From Heterodontus francisci (lineage: Eukaryota), in NCBI RefSeq assembly GCF_036365525.1, contig NC_090412.1:23578459-23642458 (forward strand): a stretch of 64,000 nt of DNA, in the 5' to 3' direction. This document shows positions 13,761-26,459 of this stretch, in pieces; the first letter of the stretch is position 1; every line of letters starts with the position of its first letter. The notes under the pieces are model-generated. The model saw only the letters and a program-made list of their open reading frames with translations. It was not told the DNA's origin and searched no databases. The position numbers and the translations under genes were made by a program.

Positions 13761-14547
13761 AGAAAATAAAGGAAGAAGTTAAGGGTGGGGTAAGAAAACA
13801 AAGAGGGAGCTTGAGGAGAGAATCTTGAAAAAGATTAAACAAAAACGTTTCTACAAATATGTCAGTAAAAAGAGAATTGTTAAATGTGAGTTCGGACTCT
13901 GAGAGCAGAGAAGAGTGAGTGAGGATAAACAGAGACTGACGTGAACATTTATCAAATACTTCATATCGGTGTACTGGGGAGGAGGTAAATCCTGAATTGG
14001 CGATAAGTGAGATGAAAAACACTAATAAATAAAATGAAAGTATTAGTGAAGTTAGTTAAGCTAAAGGAGGACAAAGTGCTGGGACCTGATTGGATACTGT
14101 CCCTTTGTTTAACTTTCTGGCATCTCACCCACTTCTGTTCTCAATTACAGGGACATATTTTGCCCCTTAGAAGTGGACTGTTGGTACTGCAGCTAAACTG
14201 GGAGCTGGCACCTTCGGCTGTGAGAAGTGCAAAATGCAAATTAATCCATTAAAAAAGTAATAAAATGCATCGAATTTACAATTCACAAAAATTTCCCACA
14301 GCTGTTTCTAAGCGATCACCCTTCTCCATGGAGCTAACCTGTTCGAACAATCGTACGCACCTGCAGCTGTGATTCTTTTGTGAGAAAAGCTACATACATT
14401 TATAAAAAGAAAGGTATGCATTTATATAGCACCTTTCATGACTGCCAGATGTCTCAAAGCGCTTTACAGCCAAAGAAGTACAAAACAACAAAAAAGTTTG
14501 TGCTGCGTTAATTTTATTGTTGCAATTTATTAATTATATATTTCAAC

Positions 14548-15402
14548 AGGAAACTCAGTGATATAATATTACAGGAAGCTTGGTGTGGTAATATAGGAGG
14601 AAGCTTGGTAATGTAATATCAAATGTAATAATGTAATATTCGGTGCTGTAATATTACAGGAAGCTCGGTGCTGTATGTAGGAGGAAACTTGGTGCTGTAA
14701 TATCAGAGGAATCTTGGTGCTGTAATATCAGGGGAAGATCAGTGATGTAATATAGGAGGCAGCTTGATGCTGTGATATTACAGGAAGCTCAGTGCTAAAT
14801 ATCAGAGCAAGCTCGATTCTGTAATATAGGGGGAATTTTGCTGCTGTAATGTCAGGGGAAGCTTGGTGCTGTAATATAAGAGGAAGTTTAGTGCTGTAAT
14901 ATCAGAAGAAGCTCGGTACTGTAATATCAGAGTAGGTTTAATGATGCATTATATGAACAAGCTAGTACTGTAATATAGGGGGAAACTCGGTGTTGTAATA
15001 TATGAGCAAGCTTGGTGCTGTAACGTAGGAGGAATCTTGGTGCAGTAATATCAGAGGAAGCTTGGTGCTGTAATATCATAGGATCATAGGAAATAGGAGC
15101 AGGGGTAGGCCATTCGGCCCGCCAAGCCTGCTCCACCATTCAAAAAGATCATAGCTGACCATCTACTTCAACACCATTTTTCCCCACTATCCCAATATCC
15201 TTTGATGTCATTAGTATCCAGAAACCTATCAATTTCTGTCTTGGACTTGCTCATTAATTGACCTTCCACTGCCCTCTATATAGGAGGAAATTCAGTATGA
15301 ACAAGCTCAATGTTGTAATATTGGAGGAAGCCTGGTGCTGTAATATCAGAGGAAGCTTGGTATTGTAATATGAGTGGAATATTAGGGGAAGCTTGGTTCT
15401 GT
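14548..15402. repeat. ~25-bp minisatellite
   Basis: Unit approx TGCTGTAATATCAGAGGAAGCTTGG, about 25 diverged copies, interrupted by a CR1 tail at ~15077-15272. Confidence 0.85.
15077..15272 (-). mobile_element. CR1 3'-end fragment inside the minisatellite
   Basis: Plus strand CATAGGAAATAGGAGCAGGGGTAGGCCATTCGGCCC... is the reverse complement of the CR1 3' terminus. Confidence 0.8.
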
Positions 15403-15520
15403 CAAATAGGAGAAGACAATTATAATTCAATAATAGTTTCAGAATCAACTTAACTTCAATCGATTCCTGGTAATTGAAGATACAAAACCCTTGGATTTCC
15501 ACTTTGTAATGCTGTTTGCA

Positions 15521-15702
15521 CTAGGATGAGTCTCCACAGAGTAGGCACATGTTTTTTTTGTTGAATTTTCCAATGATGGTCTTCTTGAGTTCATCCTTGA
15601 AGGTCGATATCATGATTTTCTCCTGGGTGTAATTGTACAATACGTCATGGCACCTCTCGGGGAAGTAGGCTGATGGCATCCCACTTACTCTCCTGGAACT
15701 CG
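15521..15702 (-). CDS. Secreted Cys-rich protein exon 6 (terminal)
   Basis: atttcgcag|CG...TAG; (A)SSRRVSGMPSAYFPERCHDVLYNYTQEKIMISTFKDELKKTIIGKFNKKNMCLLCGDSS*. Confidence 0.85.
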
Positions 15703-16686
15703 CTGCGAAATGAACAAATAGAGGATAAGGAAGTTCAATGATACAGTGCTCTGAGGGTCAGTTGTTCAGCTGGTTGGACCTCCAAAGACAGTCAGTCGAG
15801 CTTTGCAGTGGGTTAGACACCGGCTCATTGGCTCTTAGGCCTGGACTGGACTGATGGAAATCAAACATTTGGCTACAAGAGCTCGCTATGATATGAATTT
15901 GGACAGTTTTGATCCACTTCCTAACAGGCAAGGATCTACAGCACAAAAATTGTCCCAATTTGGCTTTAAAATGCCAATCTGACTCACAGAGAGACATGTG
16001 AAGATAACTTATTGGTCCATACCCTTGAGACTAAGGCACTTTGGTTAAAGTAGGAACTTTACTCCTTAGCTAACCCATTTTTAACTAAAACTGGTCAATC
16101 TTAATCTAACATACAAGTTTTATTCCAAGCACAAAGACCAGCAACACTTTCAACATGGACTAGGGACTCCTTTACTTCCTGACCTGAGGGCCTCAATTCT
16201 CCCTCGCTTGAGGGCTTCAAATCTCCCTCACCTGAGAGCACCTCAAAACTCCCTCACCTGAGGGCCTTGGCAAACTTGGGTTTGCCACGGGACTGCCACG
16301 GTTCAACAGAGCGGTCACACCACCTTCTTAAGGGTAACTAGGGATGGGCAATAAATGCCAGCCTTGCCAGTGATTCTCACATCCTGAGAATGAATTTAAA
16401 AAAAACATTATGTCTCTGGGCTTCATTTTATAGTCTAATTGATTGTGAGAAGTTGGTGGAGTGGGGATTTGGGGCTGTTCAGTTCCCCTGTTCTTGTTTT
16501 CCAGCACTATGAAGAGGATCTAGTCTACAGTAGTTAAGGGAAGGGCCATTTAGCAACTGGACACTGGGCCATCATTGAAATCACTCTGCAATTCAGCGTG
16601 TCACTGAGAATTACTCTCGAGCAACATTCTGCCTGGGACTGCCACCCTCCACAGAAAGTTAGCAACACTGGACTAAAAGGATGTAC

Positions 16687-16801
16687 CTGTGCATACGGCC
16701 AACCTACGCCCTCCAATGTACTGCGTGTCCCAGCGATAATTTGTGTTTTCCCCACACTCCTCGTACAGTCGACTTATTCTCAAGAAAGCAAAGTCATAAC
16801 C
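16687..16801 (-). CDS. Secreted Cys-rich protein exon 5
   Basis: gaacag|GGT...ACAG|gtacat; GYDFAFLRISRLYEECGENTNYRWDTQYIGGRRLAVCT(A), resembling the second half of a sushi domain (GY..C...W...C). Confidence 0.88.
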
Positions 16802-17104
16802 CTGTTCAAGCATAGTGAACAAATGTCAGTACAGATTTTACCATCACCTTGGGAAGAAATATCTTTTACTGCAATGTGTTCAAATACTCCTGAGGGCTCC
16901 TAGAGTCTGCAACCCTGCACCTGGGTGACTCAATGTCAATCGGGGAGATGGAGCGTAATGCCCAGAGTCAACTCATTCAACAGACAATAACATCAGCATA
17001 GGGAAATCTCAAAGCTTAACTCTGATCAGGAGTCTTTTTATACAGCAGGGCTTAGATCAGGGTTTATTAGATTTCACAGGAACTTATTTCAGTAAACTCA
17101 CTGG

Positions 17105-17320
17105 ATGTGTGTGTGTGTATTCATGAACGTCTATGTATATTTGTGTCTGTGTGTGCATGTATTGGTATGCATGACTGTATATGTGCCTGTATATGTGTGT
17201 GCTGTGTGTATGCACCTCTGTATAAGTGCATGGACATGTGTCTGTACATATCTGTGTGTTTGTGTGTCTATGTGTTTGTGTGTTATCTATGTGCGTGAAT
17301 GTGTCTCTGTCCACGTGTCT
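17105..17320. repeat. Degenerate (TG)n microsatellite
   Basis: TG/TA alternating low-complexity tract. Confidence 0.85.
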
Positions 17321-17329
17321 TTGACTGTC

Positions 17330-17870
17330 ATAAGCCCGCTGACATTACTCAGCTCCCCCTCGCTACCTCTTCGCTCAACTCTGTGACCATCTCCATGCTG
17401 TCAGGCTGCCTGTCCAACATTAAATTATGAATAAATTAAAAACTTCATCCAACTGAGCAACTGGGAGACTGAAACCACTGTCTTTGGCCCCTGCCATAAA
17501 CACTGCTCTTTTGACTCCGAATCCATCTGTCTCTCCCACCACACAAAGAGCCAGATCCAAAACAGGCAAAACCTTGGCGCCCTGTTTGGCCCAGAGCTGA
17601 GCTTCAAACCTCACATTGGATCCATCACCAAGGCCGCTCATCTCCACCTCTGTCCCTCTTCTGACAACATCCTTGGCTATGCTTTAGTAACTTTCATACT
17701 CTACTCCAATGGTCCCCCATCCCTCACCTTGCATAAGCTTGACCAATATCCATCACTCATCTCCTGCCTCGCACTCAAGCCCCACTCACTCCCCACTGAC
17801 CTTCATTGGCTTCCTGCTGCCCCTACACATTCAACTTAAAACCTTCACCCTCACTTTAATATGTTTCTCA
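17330..17870 (+). mobile_element. L2 LINE fragment (degraded)
   Basis: Resembles the L2 ORF2 C-terminus (CL.DI..WM..NFLQLN..KTE..VFGP pattern); homologous to the 47-48 kb copy. Confidence 0.6.
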
Positions 17871-18988
17871 CTCCAGCGATGCACTCAGCAGTAGAATACT
17901 CACACTGGTCACAAATTCACTGCATTAGTATTCTCATTCCAATAGTGTAACTCACTCGTGTATGCAGTCAGTCATTGCAGAGATTAAACTTCGTAACTCG
18001 CTGCCTTCTCTCTATCTGTGTTGTCCTCGACTCAACATTCAACCCTACCCATCCTCTTGCTGAGAATTCCACTCGCATTCAGGTTCTCTATACAAGTAGC
18101 CTCTATCAATCTCTACCGCTCGATCTCAGGCTGCTCAGAGGGACAAGGAAAATCTTATTTCTTTCAGTTTTCTCATAGACACAATGCTTTCACTCCTCTC
18201 ACAATCCAAGCAACAGCTCTCCCCTTTTAGACCGTCTTTGTTGATCAACTGTCTCCACTCATCTCAGACGAAACTTTCACATATCCTCTTTTGTGTTGGT
18301 TTTTATCCTGTCATGTTAAACACCATCTTTCAACTGAACAAGTTGTGATTCCCTACAAAGCCCAAATCGATTCAAGACATGACTACTGCCTGTATTTCTC
18401 AGAAGTAAATAGCCCTAATTCTGAAAGCCAGTCCTAAGATCCCCAGGACTAGGCGTCATTCTCCTCCTCTGCACCGTCCCCAGATTCTCAACTTTACCAT
18501 GTGCAGAGACCATAAACAAAAAGAAAGAACTTCCATTTACATAGTGCCTTTCACAACCCCAGGACTTCCCACGTGTTTTACTGGCAACAAAATGATTTTG
18601 AAGTGTATGTATTGTTATAATTTAGGAAACTGGTGACAGTAGTTTAAGTGTGGATGTACGAGGGCCTTAAGTAACCCAAGTATAGCACTCTTGGTTGAGC
18701 AATGCTCCCTAAAAGACTATTTGCTTTCCCTACATATTGCTGGTGAATCTTTAGTGCACCTTTTACCCCAGTATCTTGATCCATTACTTTTAATATGTGC
18801 ACCATTGTAGAGGGTCACAAATGAAGAATGGTCTCCTTGTGTGAGCTACCAGGAGAGTCACTGGCACCTGTTACCTGTGAAACTGTCACTGGGTCACTGG
18901 GTGCAGGAGACATGAGGGTTGGAGAAGACTGAAAACATTTTTAAGACTAATAAATAGAGTGGTGTCGTGAGCCGCGCTGAGTCCGCAC

Positions 18989-19101
18989 CTTGTTACAAAG
19001 CGGCTTGCAATAGCGAGTCTTATCAACAGTGATACATATCAGGCCTCCGTTAGCAGGGATCAAGGGCAAACTGCAGTTCTTGGGATTAACATTCTGACAA
19101 G
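18989..19101 (-). CDS. Secreted Cys-rich protein exon 4
   Basis: ttttttaaag|CT...AAG|gtgcgg; (A)CQNVNPKNCSLPLIPANGGLICITVDKTRYCKPLCNK, resembling the first half of a sushi domain (C..P..P.NG...C). Confidence 0.88.
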
Positions 19102-19159
19102 CTTTAAAAAAGTACAAAGGTTGAGAGAAAATCAGACATTCACAAACATAAAAGGAAAG

Positions 19160-19360
19160 AAACAGTTTGCATTTCTGTAGCTTCTGCCCTGACATCAGGA
19201 TATCATAACGCATTTTACAACCAATGAAATACTTTGGAAATGCAGATACTGTTGTAATGTAGGAAACACAGCAGCCAATTTGTGCACAGCAAGCTCCCAC
19301 AAACAGCAATGCAATAATGACCAGATAATCTGTTTTAATGATGTTCATTGAGGGATAAGT
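19160..19360 (-). mobile_element. DeuSINE 3' fragment
   Basis: GCAGCCAATTTGTGCACAGCAAGCTCCCACAAACAGCAATG is the reverse complement of the shared SINE body. Confidence 0.75.
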
Positions 19361-19613
19361 GTTGTCTCGGTCCGATACAAAATCGGTTCTGAGAGATATA
19401 TGTAAATATATCTACCTTGAGATAGAGTTTCTGCGAGGTAACACTGGCAGTTCAAGTGCAGTTTGCTCAAAATCGGACAAACAAGGGCAAAAGATCAAGG
19501 AACTTCAAGTACAAATTACACCTAGCGTAAATCAAGTTCTGCGATCTTTTGCACTGGTTTAAAAAACATCACGCTGGATGCCAGCCCTACCGACAAAACT
19601 GGCCCTACCCATG

Positions 19614-19943
19614 GGGTGGCACAGTGGCGCAGTAGTTAGCACCGCAGCCTCACAGCTCCACAGACCTGGGGGCAGTTCTGGGTACTACCTGTGTGGAGTT
19701 TGCAAGGTCTCCCTGTTTCTGCCGGGTGCTCTGGTTTCCTCCCACAGCCAAAGACTTACAGGTTGATAGGTAAATTGGCCATTGTAAATTGCCCCTAGTG
19801 TAGGTAGGTGGTAGGAGAATGGTGGGAATGTGGTAGGGAATATGGGATTAATGTAGGATTAGTATAAATGGGTGGTTGTTGGTCAGCACAGACTCGGTGG
19901 GCCGAAGGGCCTGTTTCAGTGCTGTATCTCTCTATGACTCTCT
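19614..19943 (+). mobile_element. HE1-like V-SINE (tRNA head, CR1-type tail)
   Basis: GGGTGGCACAGTGGCGCAGTAGTTAGCACCG head; V-domain GGGTGCTCTGGTTTCCTCCCACA; tail GGGCCGAAGGGCCTGTTTCAGTGCTGTATCTCT. Confidence 0.85.
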
Positions 19944-21108
19944 AAATTAATCGCCATGGTGATTTCCATTGACTGCGCCATTTGCAGTCCTCCGAGGAGG
20001 CTCTTAAAATTAAGCATTTTTTAAGGTGCAAGGACACCAATAGGAACCCTTTGAAAGCTTTTAATTTGTTTTAGTTTACTGGGGAACTGAAACTGTACAC
20101 CAATAAAACTACTAAATGCTTCTGTATGGTTTTTTAAAGTCATTTTCAAATATTTAAAATCAGGTTACTCATAGGATGTGGACAAGACACTGCGATTACC
20201 AGTGCCTATATTTTGTGATGACTCCATTTTCACCTGTATTAATAAAGCTGCACCAAGTTACCACTTATGAATATATCAATGAATATTTTCAATGTTAAAA
20301 AAAGATTAAAAATTTCCTTCTAAGATACTCGGTCGTGTAGGTTCATTGAAGATTGTACATTCGGCTATCTGCAGTTGAATTTGAGTGGAAACTTCAGCAC
20401 AAAATTCAATGCAGAAAATGTGCCCAATTTTGAGCCGCAATTTGCGCCCATGATAGAAATTCTATCCCATTCTCTTTGGCGTCAGCCATTCCCATAAGCA
20501 GACCACATATCCCTTATGTTCTGGAGTTGTCTCACACTGTCCTAGATCTATTTACAGTATAGCATAACCCAGTAGGGTGTGTCAATGTGTCTTTTTGACA
20601 CACAGGAGCCACCAGTTCCCAGACTGATTTCTGCAGTTGGTTGAAGATCTCAAACAGGTCTACTTACAGCTATACTATTATATACTGTTACTTAGGCTCA
20701 GAGAAGAGGAAAAGTTTTGTGTGTTCAGCAGAATCTGCATCACCAACTGATTGCACGAACAATCAGATTCCCAGTTGAAACCGACTGAGTAACATGGCAG
20801 AGGAGCACAGCCTGGGCTGTACCATCCGTACAGAGATAGCTAGCTCAGGCCAGATTATACTGCTAAAGTCACTGTTAGTGAGGGAGCCACAGAACCAGTT
20901 TCTGATCGAAATTCAGGCAGTGACCATTCCTGTAGCGGTCAGCTCTTGTACTGTTCCAGTTCAGGTCTGGCCATTTCTCCTCTTGTATACTGTGCAGATG
21001 GACAATATATGTCGCATGTAGTCACTGTCCTTGCAGTAATGCTTGTTACTTTACAGCAGGGCTGTTCCAGGGTTTGGTTGAGTGAAGTGTAATGAGGAGC
21101 TGCCACCA

Positions 21109-21370
21109 TGTAATAAGTTCTTTTTATGCTGTCTGATGCAACATAAATGAGATGTGTGGAGTCCAGTTGGCTGAAGATCTCAAACAGGTTTATTTACAGC
21201 TAAACTATTATATACTGTACAGAGGTAACTGTTTGCAGAACCTTACTCTGGGTGTCACAGCTGCAGAGTGCCTCTGGCTTTGAGTCACATGACTGCATCC
21301 TGGTACTTGGCTCATTAGCATACTAGGATCTTAAAGGGACATCACTTTTAAAGGCAATCACACAATAACA
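21109..21370 (-). mobile_element. Short solo LTR (~260 bp)
   Basis: TGT...ACA termini; homologous in reverse to 36520-36781; partial third copy near 20630-20690. Confidence 0.7.
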
Positions 21371-21626
21371 AGTACCATAGGGCTTTGCCAAACACACAAA
21401 AAACTCAGTCCGTACATGATCCTAGAAGATATTGGATGTTCTTATTTAGAATTTATCAATGAGGTAACAGCACAAAGGCTAGTCCATCCTGAGCCTCCAG
21501 AATGACTGAATTCAACGGGACAAATCAAAACATAGGAGGTGTAAGTGCACATAACCTGAGGGAGAGATTACCAGGGATCAGACACCGAGACTAAAAGGGG
21601 CTTCAGTAGATTGAAGAGGTTCATAC

Positions 21627-21741
21627 CTTTCAGAAGGACGGATTTCAACCGGTCAGCCGCATTTTGCAACAATCCAAGAAGGTTACTGCGTTTCTCACCC
21701 TCCAAATGCTCTATAAGATGGTCAGAACAGCTGGCTAAATC
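21627..21741 (-). CDS. Secreted Cys-rich protein exon 3
   Basis: ttttgtcttcag|GAT...AAAG|gtatga; DLASCSDHLIEHLEGEKRSNLLGLLQNAADRLKSVLLK(A), amphipathic-helix-like. Confidence 0.82.
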
Positions 21742-21809
21742 CTGAAGACAAAAGGAAAAAAATGCAGAAGTGGGCATTGAACTTCCCATTTATTTGGATG
21801 TACCTTGGG

Positions 21810-21815
21810 TCTCCT

Positions 21816-21865
<50 letters not shown>

Positions 21866-21871
21866 CCTCTC
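21810..21871. repeat. (TC)n microsatellite
   Basis: Direct TC run. Confidence 0.9.
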
Positions 21872-23234
21872 TAGTTCTTTAGGTATCAGAACTGTTGTGT
21901 GGATAATTGTACAACAGAGCTTTGGATGAGCTCAGGTTTATGGAAGATGGAAGGTGTAGGCTGAGCCAGAGAGTCTTACTTGGTCTTTAGAGGGTTTATA
22001 TGTTTGTCTAAGCTGCTCAGTTTGTCATTCTACAATATCTCCACATGACACTAGATACTAGTTGAATTGTGCATGGTGATTAAGGTAAACAAGCAGTGGG
22101 CATGTCAAGAATCCAACCTATAGCATTGGGGGATTGGGCCTGTTGGTATCTGTTACTCAGAACTGAGACCCATATCTTCCAAGTTCAGGGTTCTTAATGC
22201 TGTGGAATGGGATGGGAGGAGGTCAGTCAGCCCCTCAAACTGGTTCTGACATTCAGATCATTGCTGACCTCTATCTAAACTCTATCTACCAGCCTTGGTT
22301 CCATAACCCATAATACCCTCGCCTAACAAAAATCCATTAATCTTAGTTTTGAAATTTTCATTTCATCCCCCAGTCTCAAACACTTTTTGAGGGGAGAGTG
22401 GTCCAGATTTCCATTATTCTTTGTGTGAACAAGTGCTTCCAGACATCACCCCTGAATGGCCTAGTTCTAATTTTAAGATTCTGCCCCCATCCAGTGACTA
22501 TCACCATTCCTGACCCAGCTATTGTATGGTGCAGTACAGAGTAAAGCTGCCTCAACCCTGCTTCAACACTATAGCCTGATTTTAACTGGGAGCAGAAATC
22601 GGTCAGTCTGCAAGACAGATTGACATCCAGGCGATTTTAATTCACCTTCCTTCCATCTCCTACTGCTTGGCGTGTGGTGGAGGAAATTTGGGCGGCCAGA
22701 GATTGCTGGCTGGCACCAAGGGAATGGTTGCCGACAACAAGTTAAAGGGCTATTTGGAAGGCTCCGTGAGCAGGAATGGTGGCAGGAAGGGGCTGAGTGA
22801 AGGCTGGGGTAGGGGAGGCTTAACTTTCGATGTGGGGTCCGGAAGAGCACTCCTGCTGTTTGCCTGTTTTGTCCTCTCCAGACGCCATTCTCTTCACCTG
22901 GTGGAAAAGTCACATTGCTTCCCCTGCTCAGGCCGCTGTTAAAATTCCAATCAGGGCCCGATTATGCCATCAAACCCTGATCTGCATATGTAAAGAAGGG
23001 CCTCGCCAACTTCAGGTCTGTGACCTTGTTGCCTGCCGATTTTAACTGCCCACTTAGTTTCCACAAGCCCTAGGCTCAGAAGAGGCTCTTCACTGCACCA
23101 AGTTGGGCCGAGGTTGGCACCCACACCAGCCATCCCATGCTTGGCTGACTGTGAATACCAAATTCGTGTCATTTAGCTTTGTCTTTGGGCAGTTTCATGC
23201 TGTGGAACCTGGTTGGGGTTGGTCAAACTTATTT

Positions 23235-23655
23235 CATGTTTTATTCATTCTCAGGATATGGGCATCGCTGGCAATGCCAGCATTTATTGCCCATCCCTAA
23301 TTGCCTTTAAGAAGGTGGTGGTGAGCTGCCTTCTTGATCCACTGTGGTCCGTGTAGTGAAGGAACCCTCACAGAGCTGTTAGGTAGGGAGTTCCAGGATT
23401 TTGACCCAGCGGTGATTAAGGAACAGCGAGATAGTTCCAAGTCAGGATGGTGTGTGACTTGGAGGAGGTGTTGATGTTCCCATGAATTCTCCTTCTAGGT
23501 GGTAAAGGGCGCAGGATTGGGAAGTTCTCCTGAGGAAATCTTGGCATATTGTTGGAGTGAATCCTGTAGATAGTGAATAATGTAACACTGAGGGTGGAGG
23601 GAGTGGATGTTTAAACCAGTGGATGGGTTGCCAATTAAGTTGCTTTGTCCTGGCT
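23235..23655 (-). mobile_element. 3' fragment of second LINE family (CR1/jockey group)
   Basis: Homologous to 24460-25110 (CCCTAATTGCC...GAAGGTGGTGGTGAGC...GGGAGTTCCAGGATTTTGACCCAG). Confidence 0.7.
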
Positions 23656-23897
23656 GAAGAAGAGTTAGGGGCTGGATTTAAACCCTGATTTCTAGGTCGA
23701 AATACCAGTGTCTAAACTGCTCCACCGTTCTTGTCCATTTAATTTGTGGAGCCCTGAGGCTGTCTAGCACTACACACAGCCTCATGTTCCTATAACACAG
23801 TTCCTACTCTGAATTTCCAATATCTGACCAGTATTAGCTCTATATGTGACTGAGGGAGATAATCTTAACACTCATAGTGTGATGATGAAATTATTAC

Positions 23898-23980
23898 CTT
23901 TAAGTTGCTGCTAAAGTTCAGGTAGCTGTCAGTATCAAACACGGTCTGACAGGTCTCGGTCTCTTCGATTAAGTATATAC
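23898..23980 (-). CDS. Secreted Cys-rich protein exon 2
   Basis: ttttactttag|GT...AAG|gtaata; (G)IYLIEETETCQTVFDTDSYLNFSSNLK; phase 1->0 bridges exons 1 and 3 exactly. Confidence 0.75.
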
Positions 23981-24459
23981 CTAAAGTAAAAGATAATTTC
24001 ATCAAAACCCATAAATATATACTCAAAAAACATACTGATCCTGCTTCTGCAGTGTATATGGTATGTATCCCATGTAATCTATACTGTTTCCACCCTACAT
24101 AACATACTGCCTGCATCCTTTATGGTGTGTATGCCTTGCACTCTACATGATGAATGCCACAAACATCTTACTATTAATTCAAAGTCATTTTTTACTGGGA
24201 GTGATTTAGGTAATTCTAATAAAACAGAACTGGAGGATTTCCTTTGCACAATTTTGATTTGAATCAATGATAATTTGAATTAAATATCTTTGAATTAAGA
24301 GGAGTAGACTGTGTAATGTAAATCATAGAATCAACGAATGGTACAGCATAGAAGCACGCCATTTGGCCCATCCTTCCTGTACCAGCTCTTCAAATAGTCC
24401 CACTTCCCTGCTCCATGGACTGCAGCTCACCACCACCTTCTCAAGGGCAATTTTTTTTT

Positions 24460-25112
24460 ATTTGTTCATGGGATGTGGGCGTCGCTGGCTAGGAGAGCAT
24501 CCCTAATTGTCCTTGAGAAGGTGGTGGTGAGCCACCTTCTTAAACTGCTGCAGTCCTTGTGGTGTGGGTACACCCACAGTGCTGTTAGGAAGGGAGTTCC
24601 AGGATTTTGACCCAGTGACAGTGAAGGAACGGCGATATAGTTCCAAGTCAGGATAATGTGTGGCTTGAAGGGGAACTTGAAGGTGGTGCAGTTTCCATGC
24701 ATCTGCTGCCCTTGTCCTTCTAGGTGGTAGAGGTCGTGGGTTTGGAAGATGCTGTCGAAGGAGCCTTGGTGAGTTGCTACAGTGCATCTTGTAGATGGTA
24801 CACACTCTCGCCACTGTGCATCAGTGGTGAAGGGTTGTGAATGTTGAAGGTTGTGGATGGAGTGCTAAGCAAGCAGGCTGCTTTGTCCTGGATGGTGTCG
24901 AGCTTCCTGAGTGTGGCTGGTGCCGCACTCATCCAGACAAGTGGAGAGTATTCCATCACACTCCTGACTTGTGCCTTGTAGATGGTCGACAGGCTTTGGG
25001 GAGACAGGAGGTGAGTTACTTGCTGCAGAATTTCCAGCCTCTGACCTGCTCTTGTAGTGACAGTATTTATTTGGCTGGTCCAGTTCAGTTGCGGGTCAAT
25101 GGTAACCCATAA
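24460..25112 (-). mobile_element. Second LINE family 3' part (CR1/jockey group ORF2 C-terminus)
   Basis: VTID..LNWTSQI, IYKAQVRSVMEYSPLVW, LDTIQDKAA, KSWNSLP motifs. Confidence 0.8.
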
Positions 25113-25744
25113 GATGTTGACAGGGATGGGCAATAATGCTGGTCTTGCCAGTGATGCTCACATCCCAAAAAATGATTAACAGAAAAATGTGCTCATGGAG
25201 CTAAATTAATTCTTGGTCTAGCAATATTTCAAACTTAAAATGTTCAAAATCCCTCCATGGTCATGTCCCTCAACATCTGTGTAATCTCCTGCAGCCAGCA
25301 CAGGCAAAATGATCTCATTCAATGCTATAAGACTCTATGATTCTAACTGACTCTCTCCAGGAGTCATTACTTTTCCTTGGTCAAGCTTTGGAGATTTATT
25401 TACAGGCCCCACGCAGATGCGCACTAACTCTCAGATGGCTGAGTTGTGCTGAAGCTCAAGGGGGCTATAAACATCCCAGGAAGCTCTACCATTTCCCCAA
25501 ACCCCAAACAAGCCCCCTTCGACAGAGGAAAAAAGACAGACTTGCATTTTTATGGCACCTTTCACAACCTCAGGACATACCAAAGCACTTTACAGCCAAA
25601 GAAGTACTTTTGAAGTGTAGTCACTATTGAAAGGTAGAAAATGGTGAGTGGGGGTAAACAGATAATCCACAGGAATTTAAAGGGCCAAGCAAAACAGAAT
25701 GGAGACTCTGACTCATTCCCCATTCCCTTTATTCTTCCACCTAG

Positions 25745-26184
25745 GCTATGGAAGATGCAGGATCCCCAAGGACACATTGTACAGCGAGCTCGCCACTGGT
25801 ATCAGACCCAACGGCCGTCCATGTCTCCGCTTTAAAGATGTCTGCAAACGCGACATGAAGTCCTGTGACATTGATCACAAGTCGTGGGAGTCAGTTTCCA
25901 GCGATCGCCAGAGCTGGCGGGCAGCCATAAAGGCGGGGCTAAAGTGTGGCGATTCGAAGAGACTTAGCAGTTGGCAAGAAAAAAGACAGAAGCGCAAGGG
26001 GAGAGCCGACTGTGTAACAGCCCCGACAACCAATTTTATCTGCAGCACCTGTGGAAGAGTCTGTCACTCTAGAATTGGCCTTTATAGCCACTCCAGGCAC
26101 TGCTTCACAAACCACTGACCGCCTCCAGGCGCTTACCCATTGTCTCTCGAGACAAGGAGGCCAAAGAAGAAGAAGAAGAAGAAG
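25745..26184 (+). mobile_element. RTE-clade LINE 3' end
   Basis: RIPKDTLYSEL..G.RP.GRP.LRFKD.CKRDMK...DR..WR, C-terminal C2H2 finger (CSTCGRVCHSRIGLYSH), (GAA)n tail. Confidence 0.88.
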
Positions 26185-26459
26185 GCTATCCCACTCTCCT
26201 GCTCTCTCCTCATACCCTTTAAATTCTTTTTCAAGGAACTATCAAATTCCCTTTAAGATAGGTAGGGATTCTGCTTTAATGCTTAAAAGACTAGGATCTA
26301 CATACACCTAAGATTGCATCTCCTATTCTGGTCATTTTTAGGCCCTAACTTATTCGATTACCCAAGGTTTTAAATGACCCATTTTGACCCTTTCTCATGG
26401 ATCTTTTGAGCACACAGTTACTGTGCTGTTTGCAAGGACTCAGCTTAAATGTACTGTAC

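Noticed and set aside
17084-17386. Cys/Val-rich and His/Thr-rich ORFs
   Set aside because: Translation of a (TG)n microsatellite.
19614-19690. tRNA gene
   Set aside because: The tRNA-like head belongs to a SINE and continues into the V-domain and CR1-type tail; there is no full cloverleaf.
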